Positions 17,754 to 28,312 of a DNA stretch of 64,000 bases are shown piece after piece (within the stretch, counting starts at the first letter, position 1; every line of letters starts with the position of its first letter). The notes under the pieces were generated by a model that searched no databases, was not told where the DNA came from, and saw only the letters and a program-made list of their open reading frames with translations. Source of the DNA: a virus. Lineage: Duplodnaviria; Heunggongvirae; Uroviricota; Caudoviricetes. The stretch spans positions 1 through 64,000 of the IMG/VR virus record IMGVR_UViG_3300031993_004551; one strand, 5' to 3'. Both the position numbers and the translations under genes were made by a program.

Positions 17754-19481
17754 CTAGTCCATTTTGGACATCTGTTTCGTGTTCGGGTCGAAAAGATACA
17801 AGTTATTTTCAAAATCTTCCAGTTCGATAAGGAAGCTACCTGATTCATTGTTGATATCAATGTAGTTGAACGGCTGGTCCAGTGCCGGCTTGCTATCCTT
17901 ATAGAGATAATAAGCCCTAGACTTACGCTCTTGAGAGAACCTTGCGATGCGATAATATCCATCAGGAGTAAGAATGTCATCGACATACAACTCGACACCG
18001 GGATTCGTTATCTTAATGCATTCGTCCAGCCTAGACCCGGCCTTTCGCACGATATAGATATCGTCGCCTACCGCGGCAGCCCAGAAATCGGTATCCTTCA
18101 TGCCGACCAGGGCAGGCTTCTTGTTTACGCAAGAGCAGAACTTTGCCTCAGTAAGTTCACATTCGGTATCCTTTGAAAGGAACAGGGGCATCCCGGCTTC
18201 ATACAAGAATATCCCATTGGCTATCCGGTGGGAACCAGGCTTGTATACACGGAGCATCGAGTGATTTTCATCCAAGTATATCTGCCCGTCGGTTGAAATA
18301 TTCATATTCTTTGTATCAAGGACAACATTCCCATCGGTATAGTCTACAAGCAAATGCCCGTTAGCCACGACAAAATCACCGGCCTCGTTATCATTGAATG
18401 CCTCGATACTGTCATATACATCTGTAGTGTAACTGGGAATATTATCGTCATGCAGGATGCAATACCCTCTTTGCCCATTGCCGGAAAAGCCAACTATGCA
18501 GTATTCCGATTTATTAAGTCGTTCGCAGTCGGGAAACACGCTTTCCGGGTCAAGCCGTTCGTGCTTCATCACATCGATAGCATTGCCGAAACTGGACGCT
18601 TCCGATGTATTGAGCCCGGAGTTCTCAACGATTTGCCGGACGATATTCTTGCTTACGACATCGTTTGCCCGGTCAAACGCGAACACAACATCGCCGTATG
18701 CGTTCAGGGTGACACCAATCACCGAATACTTGTCGTAAGACTTTGACTGGTCGGCGCCGCGGCGGACAAGCAAGTAGAACCTCCCATCGCCATATAAGCT
18801 GTAGCGGTCCCAGTCATCCTCATGCTGTACATTGCACCAACGGTCGAGGTGGAACCTTTCGGAAAGCCTGCGCAGCTCATCCCACGAATTTACCCGTATT
18901 GCCTCGTAGTTAAGGGAACCGATGTCCTGCTCGATATCAGAACCGCTGACCTCGGTGGCCAAGTTATCGAAAGCGTCGTCACTCATCTCGGGTGCGCCGT
19001 TCGGGTAGTGCTGCTTGCAATACTCTACGAACTTGGTGGAAAATTCTTCAGCCGCTTCCCTACGGTATGAAGGGCTTCCCATGCGGTACCGGTCGACCAT
19101 CATAAAAGTCAACTGAGGGAACAGCGGAAGCATCTTCTTGAAAGTCGGGTCCGTAGTCGGGCTAACCCCGGGAGCAGCAAGGGGGTCCAGGAAGAGATGC
19201 CTTGTAGCAAGGACTACCTGATTTGCCAGTTCCTTGCTCATCCCGCGGGCATGTACCAGTCCATCACGGGTCCCGTCGATGATGCGACAGACCATCCCCT
19301 TCCCTTCCAGAATAGCACGGTAGCCGCTGTTGAGCGCCTCGGCAAGTGCAGCATCTTTAATTCTAATCTTCCTGTCCATAACCCGGAGTTTATACAATAA
19401 ATCCGCCGGATATAAAAAAAAAGAACGGACCTGGTGCGCGATGCCTTCGTCAATACGCAAGGTAGAGGCGTGTCCGTTCAT
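17754..19481 (-). CDS. hypothetical protein (575 aa)
   Basis: Long ORF. No motif recognised. Confidence 0.55.
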   Translation of the reverse strand: MNGHASTLRIDEGIAHQVRSFFLYPADLLYKLRVMDRKIRIKDAALAEALNSGYRAILEGKGMVCRIIDGTRDGLVHARGMSKELANQVVLATRHLFLDPLAAPGVSPTTDPTFKKMLPLFPQLTFMMVDRYRMGSPSYRREAAEEFSTKFVEYCKQHYPNGAPEMSDDAFDNLATEVSGSDIEQDIGSLNYEAIRVNSWDELRRLSERFHLDRWCNVQHEDDWDRYSLYGDGRFYLLVRRGADQSKSYDKYSVIGVTLNAYGDVVFAFDRANDVVSKNIVRQIVENSGLNTSEASSFGNAIDVMKHERLDPESVFPDCERLNKSEYCIVGFSGNGQRGYCILHDDNIPSYTTDVYDSIEAFNDNEAGDFVVANGHLLVDYTDGNVVLDTKNMNISTDGQIYLDENHSMLRVYKPGSHRIANGIFLYEAGMPLFLSKDTECELTEAKFCSCVNKKPALVGMKDTDFWAAAVGDDIYIVRKAGSRLDECIKITNPGVELYVDDILTPDGYYRIARFSQERKSRAYYLYKDSKPALDQPFNYIDINNESGSFLIELEDFENNLYLFDPNTKQMSKMD

Positions 19482-19490
19482 AATTCCTGT

Positions 19491-20255
19491 TTATACAGCC
19501 GGAATCATTTTTTGGAACTTTTCAGCCGTTTCCTTCAAAAAAATATCGGGAGGCAACCTAAGTACCTTGCATAATGAAACCGCAAGCCGCCACGCCTCAA
19601 ACTGCGTCGGGGTGACATTTCCGCGGCCGGGCTTGGTCATGTTTACCACGAACTGCGTCTCCGGCGGTTCATAGGTCAACTGTCCCGGATTGGACACCAA
19701 GTCGAACACGACGGGATTCTCGCCGTTCTCCATGTACTCCACGCGGCACCCCGGGTCGATTGACTTGGTTACATCCGGCGAAGGACACTTGCGGGTGATG
19801 AAGGTCATCTTGTCCTTGAGCGCCGCAAGGGCTACACGGGAAGTCCAGTCGTCATCGTAAACGAGCCCTATCGGGTTCTCCGTCTTTTCGATGAAGGGAA
19901 GGACGAGCCTCCGGTAAGCCTCTACGGCACAGCAGTCACCAACAAGGTTCCAGTTCGTCTTGTCGACAAAGATGGTATCCACCATACCGGCAAGAATTGC
20001 ATCCCCCGTCACGGAATCCATGTAGTCCATCGCGGCTTCCCCGAAGGCAGGGTCCACGAGCATCCCGCGGAATATCCCGGCGCGAACCGTATTGGTAGCC
20101 GATTCAAGGCGGATGCGCTTTATACGGCAAGGGACTATAACCGACGAAGGGTCGGCTGATAGCATTGTCGCGAAAGCATTCATCCGGGGAACCCGGGAAC
20201 CTTCCTCGTGGAGGTACCCGAATACCATCGTTTCGGATGTGACCGTACTAGCCAT
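19491..20255 (-). CDS. hypothetical protein (254 aa)
   Basis: ORF. Confidence 0.5.
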   Translation of the reverse strand: MASTVTSETMVFGYLHEEGSRVPRMNAFATMLSADPSSVIVPCRIKRIRLESATNTVRAGIFRGMLVDPAFGEAAMDYMDSVTGDAILAGMVDTIFVDKTNWNLVGDCCAVEAYRRLVLPFIEKTENPIGLVYDDDWTSRVALAALKDKMTFITRKCPSPDVTKSIDPGCRVEYMENGENPVVFDLVSNPGQLTYEPPETQFVVNMTKPGRGNVTPTQFEAWRLAVSLCKVLRLPPDIFLKETAEKFQKMIPAV

Positions 20256-20550
20256 TCTTGCTCACCAAGACAACTTCGGCCTTGAATATCATCTTTGCAA
20301 CTTCAAGGTCTGCCGAAGCCTTTGCTGCCGCATCGCGAAGCGCAATAATGGACTTGTTACTGTCAATCGTGGCAAGAATCATCGATTCGGACGGCTTCTT
20401 GGAACCGTCGGTCGGGTTGCTGAGGCGTACAAATTCGGCAGCTTTTGCCGTGCGGTATGTACTGTCGGCCTCATTGGAAGCGGCGTAAAGTTTTTCGAGT
20501 TCTTCCTTGTATGCAGGAATTGTTTCTGCGGTAATAGGCTTGATTTCCAT
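20248..20550 (-). CDS. hypothetical protein (about 100 aa)
   Basis: Start moved to ATG 20550 (MEIKPI) so the gene does not overlap the terminator hairpin. Confidence 0.45.
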   Translation of the reverse strand: MEIKPITAETIPAYKEELEKLYAASNEADSTYRTAKAAEFVRLSNPTDGSKKPSESMILATIDSNKSIIALRDAAAKASADLEVAKMIFKAEVVLVSKNG

Positions 20551-20565
20551 AGGTTTCTCCTTATT

Positions 20566-20593
20566 AAAAAACACGGGTTTCCCCGTGTTTAAA
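20566..20593 (-). terminator. intrinsic terminator for the gene at 20614-20925
   Basis: ACACGGG-TTTC-CCCGTGT stem. On the minus strand it is followed by TTTTTAATAA. Confidence 0.45.
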
Positions 20594-20613
20594 TATAATA
20601 TAATGTATCGGAG

Positions 20614-20925
20614 TTATACCGCACCGTCGGGCAGAGAATACCGTTTAAAGTCGCACTTTGCCCACTTTGACGTGCCGCCGTCTGATACGAACACATGGTA
20701 GCCCTCTGCAGGCAATGCCGACGGGACGCTATCGATTGACTTCTCGGAAATATTGATTTCGCCATCGACACCAGGGACAAGGATTTTCTTGCCAACCCGA
20801 GGGTCAGCCGGCGATTCAATGTTAAGTTTCTTCGCGGCATCGATATTCGAGCGGGCATGCTGCTTCTGCGTTTGGTCCAAACCCTGATTTCCTGTCGTAA
20901 GAACTTTTGATTTAATCACTGGCAT
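20614..20925 (-). CDS. hypothetical protein (103 aa)
   Basis: ORF. Confidence 0.45.
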   Translation of the reverse strand: MPVIKSKVLTTGNQGLDQTQKQHARSNIDAAKKLNIESPADPRVGKKILVPGVDGEINISEKSIDSVPSALPAEGYHVFVSDGGTSKWAKCDFKRYSLPDGAV

Positions 20926-20956
20926 ATAATTTCTCCCGTCGATTTTAACCTAGTTT

Positions 20957-21424
20957 ATGTACCGAGAGGAAATTATGACCGATACAAATACAACACCAGA
21001 TATTATTGAAGCCACATTACACACCCCAACCGCAGCCGAGGAACTCCTGAAGATAGCCAAGGCATACCAGAACCGCACGATGGCGCAGAAGTACTACGAC
21101 GACATCTACGAGCAGATGGCCAAGCGTGCGGCACACGGGGTTACCCAGCTCAGGGATGAAAAGAAGAGCTTCGCGTTCTTCCAGCTGAGCTTCAGGGGCA
21201 TGCCGATTCCGTCGAACGTGACAGACATTGAACAGCATCTCAAGGACCTCTACAACGGACAGGAGGAATGCTACAAGATGCTCGAAGCGAACGGTTTCAA
21301 GGTGACAAAGGAAGAACCGCGGTTCCCGAGCCTTCTCGACCCGAACCTCACCGAGCAGCAACGGCAGCTCATCCATAACGAACAGATGAGCATCGAAGCT
21401 ATCGTCACGATTTCCTTGGAATAA
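20957..21424 (+). CDS. hypothetical protein (155 aa)
   Basis: ORF. Alternative ATG at 20975. Confidence 0.5.
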   Translation: MYREEIMTDTNTTPDIIEATLHTPTAAEELLKIAKAYQNRTMAQKYYDDIYEQMAKRAAHGVTQLRDEKKSFAFFQLSFRGMPIPSNVTDIEQHLKDLYNGQEECYKMLEANGFKVTKEEPRFPSLLDPNLTEQQRQLIHNEQMSIEAIVTISLE

Positions 21425-21450
21425 TGCCTCAGACATCGTTGTAAATAACA

Positions 21451-21487
21451 CAAAAATCCACCGGATACCTCCGATGGATTGTTTATT
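21451..21487. terminator. bidirectional terminator-like hairpin between convergent genes
   Basis: AATCCACCGG-ATACCT-CCGATGGATT (10-bp stem, 1 mismatch) flanked by CAAAA and GTTTATT. Confidence 0.4.
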
Positions 21488-21502
21488 ATGATTTCGAATG
21501 TC

Positions 21503-23470
21503 CTAATCGAACTTCTTCGAAGCGTTCTGGCGGCTTGTAAGTATGCGCTCAACGGAAACCTCAAGGTCTGCCGGCGTAAATGTGCCGTCTTCCTCGGGGG
21601 TTGCATAAAGCGAAATGTTGCTCACCGCCTCAGTAATATCGGCAAGGCTGAACTTCGCTTCGCTCATCTTACCAATAGCTACATTGAACGCCGGGTTCGT
21701 ATAGTCAGTCGGGTCTGATTCCGCCTTAATACGGTTGATTATGCTAGCAATTCTTCCCGCGTTAGGAGGCGGAACCTCGATAACCTCGTCAAGACGACCT
21801 GCTCGCTTAATGATTGTTGAATGGATTAAGGTCGGGTCATTGATGGTCGCCATGAAGATTAGCGAGATACCCATTGCATTAGCTCGGAGACGCAATCCAT
21901 CAATCAATAATATGATGAGCTCGACCAAGGCATTCTTGTTTTCGAGCTGAGCGGAATCGATATCGTCGCAGCAGATGAATACCTGGTTAAACCCAGCACC
22001 GGAAAGCGACTCGATAATCTCCTCGAATTCAAACAATGGCTGCGTATGCTCTATCATAAGCGAGCTGACGCTGAAGAACAGTACAGGGACATTTGGGAAT
22101 TCCCAGGTCAACTGGTTCATCATGATAGTCTTTCCGGTACCCGGATAACCGACAAACGCGAGACCGCGGGACTTCTTAGCCTTGAAGCACTGTTCAATCG
22201 AGTGGCGGATTGCACCATATTCGGGAATGACATGGAAATCCGTCGGTGAACAATGGGTTGAAATTCGCGACATGAACCGAATACTCGACGAACGGCGATA
22301 TGCCCAGTCACCCGGATTAATCGGGGTAGGTACATACCGCAAACTCGTCCGTTTCGGTTCGAACAGTCTAAACCGCATCTTCTTGTAGATTGAATGCGCA
22401 ATACTGTCGCCTTGCTGGGAATTTATCTGGTTACCGATACCCGATATTCCAGTACTAATACCATATAGGGGCGTCTTGGAAACATAGAGTGCGGCGAGCA
22501 TCTGCTGTCCAATCTTAGGACTGCTCGGATTTTGGCGCTCCATTCGGTTCATAAAGTAATACACATAGCCAACAATATTGTCCTTGGACATGTCGACCTT
22601 GCCATTACTCGCTTTACGGACTTCAAACACCTGCAGCCAATACCAGTATTTTCCGGCCGGCAACAAAGCGAACTCGGTCTTCGATTCGCCAGAAATCATA
22701 TCAATATGCGGAGCATAAAGGTATATAGATTTGGCAAACAGCAAACTGCCATTCAGGGTTCCAGCTCCACCATTCGGCTTGATAGCAATCCATTCGGACT
22801 TACGATGGGCATCCTGCAAGGAATACAATTCCTGGGCAGCTACAGAGAACGGGTTCAATGGCGTTATGCACATGTCCCGGTCATTAATGTTAGCCGGCAA
22901 GAACGGCTTCGGCATCGGATTGGAAGCATCCTTGATGTCAATCGTCTTAAAGCCAGCAAGCAAATCATCCTTGTTGGAACCGCCTTCGATAACAAACTTA
23001 GACTTGATATCGTGGTACAGTTGGCTCAATGCAAGAGTATTCCGGATGAACTGTGCAAATTTCTTGAGCCTCGGGCAACCGATTGGGTCACAAAGGTCGC
23101 ACAATATGGATGCGCCCAGCATACTAAACCGGAGCAACTCACGCTTCATCGTAGAGTTGTTCAATATAGCAGTCTGGAAATTGGTATGCCTTGCATCAAT
23201 GTTAACCGCCGGCAACGCATCGGTAAGCACGGTCAGATACTTCATGAACACAGGAAGATTTCCCCGTGAAGAAGCATCGTTCGACGGACCGTGAAGGTTA
23301 GCCACCTCGGGCCCAGCCAATGCACGAAGCATTTCCGGAGTCATATTGAACTCGACCGGAACCGGAGCACCCTGGGGTGTTCCCGGTTGCGACGACTGCG
23401 TAGTCGGCTGAGAACCCGGCTGCATAGCTGCCGGGTTTATCCGGTGCCTTATTTGGTATTCATACGCCAT
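21503..23470 (-). CDS. AAA+ ATPase with large N-terminal domain
   Basis: Walker A GYPGTGKT. Walker B FICCDDIDS. Sensor/arginine region in LIFMATINDPTLIHSTIIKRAGRLDEVIEV. N-terminus is P/Q-rich. Confidence 0.7.
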   Translation of the reverse strand: MAYEYQIRHRINPAAMQPGSQPTTQSSQPGTPQGAPVPVEFNMTPEMLRALAGPEVANLHGPSNDASSRGNLPVFMKYLTVLTDALPAVNIDARHTNFQTAILNNSTMKRELLRFSMLGASILCDLCDPIGCPRLKKFAQFIRNTLALSQLYHDIKSKFVIEGGSNKDDLLAGFKTIDIKDASNPMPKPFLPANINDRDMCITPLNPFSVAAQELYSLQDAHRKSEWIAIKPNGGAGTLNGSLLFAKSIYLYAPHIDMISGESKTEFALLPAGKYWYWLQVFEVRKASNGKVDMSKDNIVGYVYYFMNRMERQNPSSPKIGQQMLAALYVSKTPLYGISTGISGIGNQINSQQGDSIAHSIYKKMRFRLFEPKRTSLRYVPTPINPGDWAYRRSSSIRFMSRISTHCSPTDFHVIPEYGAIRHSIEQCFKAKKSRGLAFVGYPGTGKTIMMNQLTWEFPNVPVLFFSVSSLMIEHTQPLFEFEEIIESLSGAGFNQVFICCDDIDSAQLENKNALVELIILLIDGLRLRANAMGISLIFMATINDPTLIHSTIIKRAGRLDEVIEVPPPNAGRIASIINRIKAESDPTDYTNPAFNVAIGKMSEAKFSLADITEAVSNISLYATPEEDGTFTPADLEVSVERILTSRQNASKKFD

Positions 23471-23472
23471 TA

Positions 23473-23676
23473 TTACTTCTTAACCTTGAAGCGGAGTTTA
23501 GAAACCTGGGAGATAAGATACACCAAAATGCGGCCAACGATGAAACCATAGGTAGCCCACTGTGCGTACTTAAGTACATCGTCAACGGACGGGAGGCTCG
23601 GCTTCGGGAGCTTGAGCTTCGGAAGTTTGAGCTTGGGGAACTTGAACTTGGAGAGTTTCGGGAATTTGATAGCCAT
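23473..23676 (-). CDS. small membrane protein with KLKLP repeats
   Basis: FPKLSKFKFPKLKLPKLKLPKPSLP followed by a TM segment. Confidence 0.4.
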   Translation of the reverse strand: MAIKFPKLSKFKFPKLKLPKLKLPKPSLPSVDDVLKYAQWATYGFIVGRILVYLISQVSKLRFKVKK

Positions 23677-23698
23677 TGTATTTAGCCTCGTGTTAATG

Positions 23699-23977
23699 TT
23701 AAAGGGAACGGATAGTCACCCATTCGATACGGCCCGGGTAGACATCCTTGCGAAGGACAGCTGCGCTGTTTCCGTCTTCATCCAGGATTTCAGCACTGTC
23801 CAGCGATGTAACTTTCCTGTTCTTGAGAAGGGTCGTCGCTTCAGCCTTGCCGGTATCTACCGAGTTGGCGGTAAATTCGCCGGCACAGAACTTGTTGCCC
23901 ATCGTGGTGAACATGACCTTGAAGGTCTGCCTCTTGAAAGAGGAAGTGTCTTGCAGTGTAGTTTTCTTTTTTGACAT
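23699..23977 (-). CDS. hypothetical protein (92 aa)
   Basis: ORF. Promoter motif 19 nt upstream. Confidence 0.45.
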   Translation of the reverse strand: MSKKKTTLQDTSSFKRQTFKVMFTTMGNKFCAGEFTANSVDTGKAEATTLLKNRKVTSLDSAEILDEDGNSAAVLRKDVYPGRIEWVTIRSL

Positions 23978-23995
23978 TTGCTATATCCTTTTGTT

Positions 23996-24010
23996 ACAAA
24001 TATAGCAAAA
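23996..24010 (-). promoter_or_regulatory. promoter motif (minus-oriented)
   Basis: CAAATATAGCAAAAA. Confidence 0.5.
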
Positions 24011-24011
24011 A

Positions 24012-25124
24012 TCACAGGGAAAACAGCTTCTTTATGCGAGTCCGTATACCGAATGTCGCATAAAGCCATATCAGCTTCCATTTGATTGCACAGTCTTCAG
24101 TTTTACGGCAAGCCGTGATGCACAGTTCGATTAGCGATTTTGCCAGTCTACTGTCATCCGTCTTAGTAGCATTACAGAATCCGATAAGGGAATCATCGGT
24201 AATTCCCGGGATAGACTTGGTTTTCTTGTCGAAATAGTTGTTGGATACCAACTCGATATACCACTGCCTTCCAGGGACACGGGCAACAATCGCATCATCA
24301 TTGGTGACCATTATGACATCGCCAAGGTCAAACTTCGTCATGTCGGATATCGTAATACCACCCAGCATATGAATATCATCATCCGCGTGGCATACTGCAT
24401 ATAAACCGGTCAAATTTGCCCCGTCGACTGAATAAGGTGGATTTGATACATTCTCAACATTTAAACCCATACCACGAGGAACACCATGATAATCGATGAT
24501 TGAATTTGTTATGTGACAGTTGCTCAGCTGAGCTGGCCCCAGAATCCTAGACGAGAAGAGAAAGCAGCCATCGACCATTGTCGCTTTATGCAATTCAGAA
24601 TCCTTGAACTCTGAATTATTGATACGCATATTATGCAAGTCAATGATTGGAACCTCGGTATCGCCAATCTTCGACCGATTAATGACGACTTTTCCAGATA
24701 TATGGACATTCATGCACCGTATCGTGCTCTGCTCCATCTTTAACGAGGCAGAGTAAAGAAGTGCACATTTTTCAGCAACCAATATCTTAGAGTCACGCAA
24801 GCAGATGTTGGTATGGAAATCAGTGCTACCGGAGACAATACCGTTAACCTCCGAATGACTAATATCCCCATAAAATCCACCCATTCGGCAATTAGTCAAT
24901 TTCGACCCGACAATATGCAAATCACCGTATACAGAAGTATTGACCAACATAGAGGTTTTATCCGCCCAAGAATCATCTTCCTGTGAAATGTTCGAATCTT
25001 CATCTATGATGGCGCCAAGGTCACCCTCGCTGAAAAACTGACCGTCCCTCAGCGCCTTTATGCGGCGTTCAAGTTGGCCGTTATCGTTCTTAACAGTAAC
25101 AATCTTGTATTTCTTCTTAAACAT
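24012..25124 (-). CDS. beta-helix-like repeat protein (possible glycan-modifying enzyme or fibre/spike)
   Basis: Periodic short repeats rich in N/G/S/I/V (GDISHSEVNGIVSGS..., NCHITNSIIDYHG...) suggest a parallel beta-helix. Adjacent to glf. Confidence 0.4.
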   Translation of the reverse strand: MFKKKYKIVTVKNDNGQLERRIKALRDGQFFSEGDLGAIIDEDSNISQEDDSWADKTSMLVNTSVYGDLHIVGSKLTNCRMGGFYGDISHSEVNGIVSGSTDFHTNICLRDSKILVAEKCALLYSASLKMEQSTIRCMNVHISGKVVINRSKIGDTEVPIIDLHNMRINNSEFKDSELHKATMVDGCFLFSSRILGPAQLSNCHITNSIIDYHGVPRGMGLNVENVSNPPYSVDGANLTGLYAVCHADDDIHMLGGITISDMTKFDLGDVIMVTNDDAIVARVPGRQWYIELVSNNYFDKKTKSIPGITDDSLIGFCNATKTDDSRLAKSLIELCITACRKTEDCAIKWKLIWLYATFGIRTRIKKLFSL

Positions 25125-25134
25125 ATACTTATCC

Positions 25135-26277
25135 TTACTTTAAGTAACAATCGGCAAGCTGCAAAGCCTGCGAAATAGTGTCGTCCATGTCGTTATAGCG
25201 GTACATCCCGAGGCGCCCCGTGGGTACCACATTGAGTGGGAGCATTTCACGGTACTTCCTGTACAGCTCGGAGCTTTCCTTGCTCTTCACCGGGTAGTAT
25301 ACCTCTGTATCACGGGTCATTTCCTGCGGGTACTCGAAGCTCACTATGGACTTGGATTCCATCATGGCAAGCTGGTTCCACGGCTCGAAATGCTTGTGCT
25401 CGATGGTACGGGTGTAGTCCGGGTGGCGCTGGGTATAGTTCACTACGGCAACACCCTGATAGTTGTCGGTATCCTTTTCCTCGGTAACGAACTTCAGGCT
25501 GCGATACGGGAGGTCACCGAGCGAATAGTCAAAGTATTCGTCAAGCCGCCCGGAGTAAAATACCAAATTAGCCCGGTCATTCCATTCGTCCTTGCACTTG
25601 AGGTAGTCCTCTCCGGTGATGACCTGTGCAACCCCGTCGAACATATTGGAAATCCACTGGGTGTACCCGTTCTTCGGGATTCCCTGGTAGATATCGTTAA
25701 AGTAATTATTGTCGAAGCGGAACCTGAGCGGGATGCGGGTAATGATGTTCGAGTCAAGCTCTTTACAAGACTTCCCCCACTGCTTCTCGGTGTATCCCTT
25801 GATGAACAGCTCGTAGATTTCCTCGCCGACCATCGAAAGCGCCCTTTCTTCGAGGTTGGTATAGACCAGCTTCTGGAACTTCTTGGCGGATTCCTCGATG
25901 CGCTTCTTGGCGTCGGCTACGCTGAGCACATCGGGCCAGAGTTTTGTGAAGGTGTTCATGTTGAACGGGAGGTTGAACACTTCCGGATTCGTGTGACCCT
26001 CGCGGGTAACCATAGCAACCGGGCTGTTCACGAACGGCATCATCTCGTCAAAAAGGTTGGCGAAATCCCATACCTTCTTCTCGGATGTATGGAAAATATG
26101 CGCACCGTACTTGTGGACATTGATAGTGCCCATCCGTTCAGTAGCACAGTTTCCGCCCAGTTCTCCGCGGCGTTCAATGACAAGGACTTTCTTGCCCGCG
26201 TTGCCGAACTTATTGGCCAACACCGCGTTAAACAGGCCGGCGCCGACAAAGATAGCATCAAACTTTTGTTCTGACAT
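25135..26277 (-). CDS. glf: UDP-galactopyranose mutase
   Basis: FDAIFVGAGLFNAVLANKFGNAGKKVLVIERRGELGGNCATE...INVHKYGAHIFHT matches the Glf flavin-binding N-terminus nearly motif for motif. Start at ATG 26277 (MSEQKFD). Confidence 0.9.
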   Translation of the reverse strand: MSEQKFDAIFVGAGLFNAVLANKFGNAGKKVLVIERRGELGGNCATERMGTINVHKYGAHIFHTSEKKVWDFANLFDEMMPFVNSPVAMVTREGHTNPEVFNLPFNMNTFTKLWPDVLSVADAKKRIEESAKKFQKLVYTNLEERALSMVGEEIYELFIKGYTEKQWGKSCKELDSNIITRIPLRFRFDNNYFNDIYQGIPKNGYTQWISNMFDGVAQVITGEDYLKCKDEWNDRANLVFYSGRLDEYFDYSLGDLPYRSLKFVTEEKDTDNYQGVAVVNYTQRHPDYTRTIEHKHFEPWNQLAMMESKSIVSFEYPQEMTRDTEVYYPVKSKESSELYRKYREMLPLNVVPTGRLGMYRYNDMDDTISQALQLADCYLK

Positions 26278-28312
26278 TGTAGCTCCTCTTTGGAATGACG
26301 GCATCGTGCGCCTCTGTCTTTACTTCGACTACAGTGGACTCTTCGTTCACCGGGGCCTCTACCGGCTTCGGTTTTTCCTTGACCGGCTCAGTAAAGAACT
26401 TGATGAGCGTATCGCGGTCCATCTTGGTAAGGTCGAGGTCGACTTCACCCTGGTAATCCGCATTGACCGGATGGAAGCCAAATAGCTTGAGAACAGACAC
26501 GAGGCTAATCGTGCGGCCAATCTGCATAATGAGGGAGTCTACCATATTTACGGTATCGCCGTTCTTCATCGGGGCGCGGTTGTTACCGGTAGCCTTACCG
26601 ATGAGCATCACGAAGGAATGGTTAGCGATAGCAAGCGTAGTCCTCTTGGCGGCAATCCTGGAGTCAAGCTGAACGATAATTTCCTCGGGCTTCACCATGC
26701 ACTCCCCGTCTGCCAACGGGCAGGCATCCTTCTTGGCGAAGAACATACGGTAGCGCCCCTGCTTGGCCGAACCGCTGAACTGGTGGAGATTGAAGATGAC
26801 GCCACCATTAGCATAGCCACCGAAATAGATACATTCCGTTGCTTCCGGGTCAGCATTCGTCATGTCCCCGGAGTAGCGCAGATGGAACATCTTCTTCTTC
26901 GGGTCCTCGCCCGGGATATCCGACTTGAAGGTAGTATTCCAGGAAACAGTAGTGCCTTCCAAAGTGGACGCCGAGAGGTCAAAGTCATGCGTACCCCATT
27001 CGTTTCTCCAGTATACCCCAATTACATTGTGCTCGTAGCGGCGAAGCTTGGTACCCATCGGGTAGTCGCCGACGAAGTTTTTTTCGGAGGTCGGGAGCGC
27101 GACCGCGATATTATCGTCAACCTTGATGAACCCAGTCTTCTTCTTTTTGGTGATGAAGTTCGAGATAGACGCGATGATAAGACCCTGCACACTCTGGAGC
27201 CAGAGCATGGATTCCGGGGAACGCTTCGGAGCGTATCCCTTGCGGACAAAGAGTCTACCCGTACGGATAGTGTACACGCTATTCTGGAGAGGTCTCGGGG
27301 CAAGACGGTCGGCGACCGCCTGAAGGAGCCTGAGACGGCGGAACATCGGAGTCTTTTCGAGGGCTTCGGCAACGGCGTCAAGCTTGGCACGGTCACCCGG
27401 AACAAAAATGCAGTCGAGAACGCCCGGTTCATAAGGCTGTTTCAACTTCTTGGCAAGGTGGCTGATGCGGTTGATTGCCATATGGACGGAGTACTTTTCG
27501 ACATCGCCGTAGTCCACCCCGCGGAGCGCCATGAAAAGCTTCTTGAAGCGGAAGTAAACGGTAGCAAGGATTTTATACTCGGTCTCACCAAGGTTCTCGA
27601 AAATCTCGAGCAGTTCTTCATCGTTCTCGGTCGCCCGAATCTCCTGGCATGTCTTCTTGGTGTTCACCAGCATCGCGCTTCCGGTCGCCACATACACGAG
27701 GTAGCGAACGAATTCCACCGGGTCCGTGGGAGTAGTTGCCGTATCCTGATAAATCAGGCAGCGCGCTTCCCTGTTGCGGATTTCTGAAATGTCGCACCCG
27801 CCGTGGGCCTTGATATAACCATAAACGAGAAGCACCGTATCGGCACTGAGGGCAATCCCGGAAGCAAGCATCTTGATGCAGCGCTGCTTGAGTTCATCTG
27901 CAGTGACCGAAGGAATCGTGGTAAGCTTGCTGAAGTCGATTACATAGGTTTCCTGTTCGATTACCTTTTCAGTTTCACGGTTATTCGGCACATAGCCGTT
28001 CCCACAGGCAAAGTCCGTCCCGTAGGTGGACATATAGTGTACCATCTGGTCGAATGCAAGCTGGACTTCGGAGCGGCTTTCGATGTCGTTCCAAGCCTTG
28101 TAGAAGGTGCTGTTCGGGTCGGTAGCTGTATCGAGGAGCCAGTCGCGCACCAGTTCGGTACACGACTCGGGAGCCACCATGAATCCCCTCATGCAGGCGA
28201 GGCGGTTCACCTCGTTAAAGCTTACAAGTTCCCCGCATTCCCCGGGAACTACACAGTGGAACAACTTCAAAAGCTCCACCGGCATCACATATTTTTCAAT
28301 AGCTTCGGACAT
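26258..28312 (-). CDS. hypothetical protein (684 aa)
   Basis: Long ORF. Start at the internal ATG 28312 (MSEAIEK). 20-nt overlap with glf. Confidence 0.55.
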   Translation of the reverse strand: MSEAIEKYVMPVELLKLFHCVVPGECGELVSFNEVNRLACMRGFMVAPESCTELVRDWLLDTATDPNSTFYKAWNDIESRSEVQLAFDQMVHYMSTYGTDFACGNGYVPNNRETEKVIEQETYVIDFSKLTTIPSVTADELKQRCIKMLASGIALSADTVLLVYGYIKAHGGCDISEIRNREARCLIYQDTATTPTDPVEFVRYLVYVATGSAMLVNTKKTCQEIRATENDEELLEIFENLGETEYKILATVYFRFKKLFMALRGVDYGDVEKYSVHMAINRISHLAKKLKQPYEPGVLDCIFVPGDRAKLDAVAEALEKTPMFRRLRLLQAVADRLAPRPLQNSVYTIRTGRLFVRKGYAPKRSPESMLWLQSVQGLIIASISNFITKKKKTGFIKVDDNIAVALPTSEKNFVGDYPMGTKLRRYEHNVIGVYWRNEWGTHDFDLSASTLEGTTVSWNTTFKSDIPGEDPKKKMFHLRYSGDMTNADPEATECIYFGGYANGGVIFNLHQFSGSAKQGRYRMFFAKKDACPLADGECMVKPEEIIVQLDSRIAAKRTTLAIANHSFVMLIGKATGNNRAPMKNGDTVNMVDSLIMQIGRTISLVSVLKLFGFHPVNADYQGEVDLDLTKMDRDTLIKFFTEPVKEKPKPVEAPVNEESTVVEVKTEAHDAVIPKRSYNVRTKV

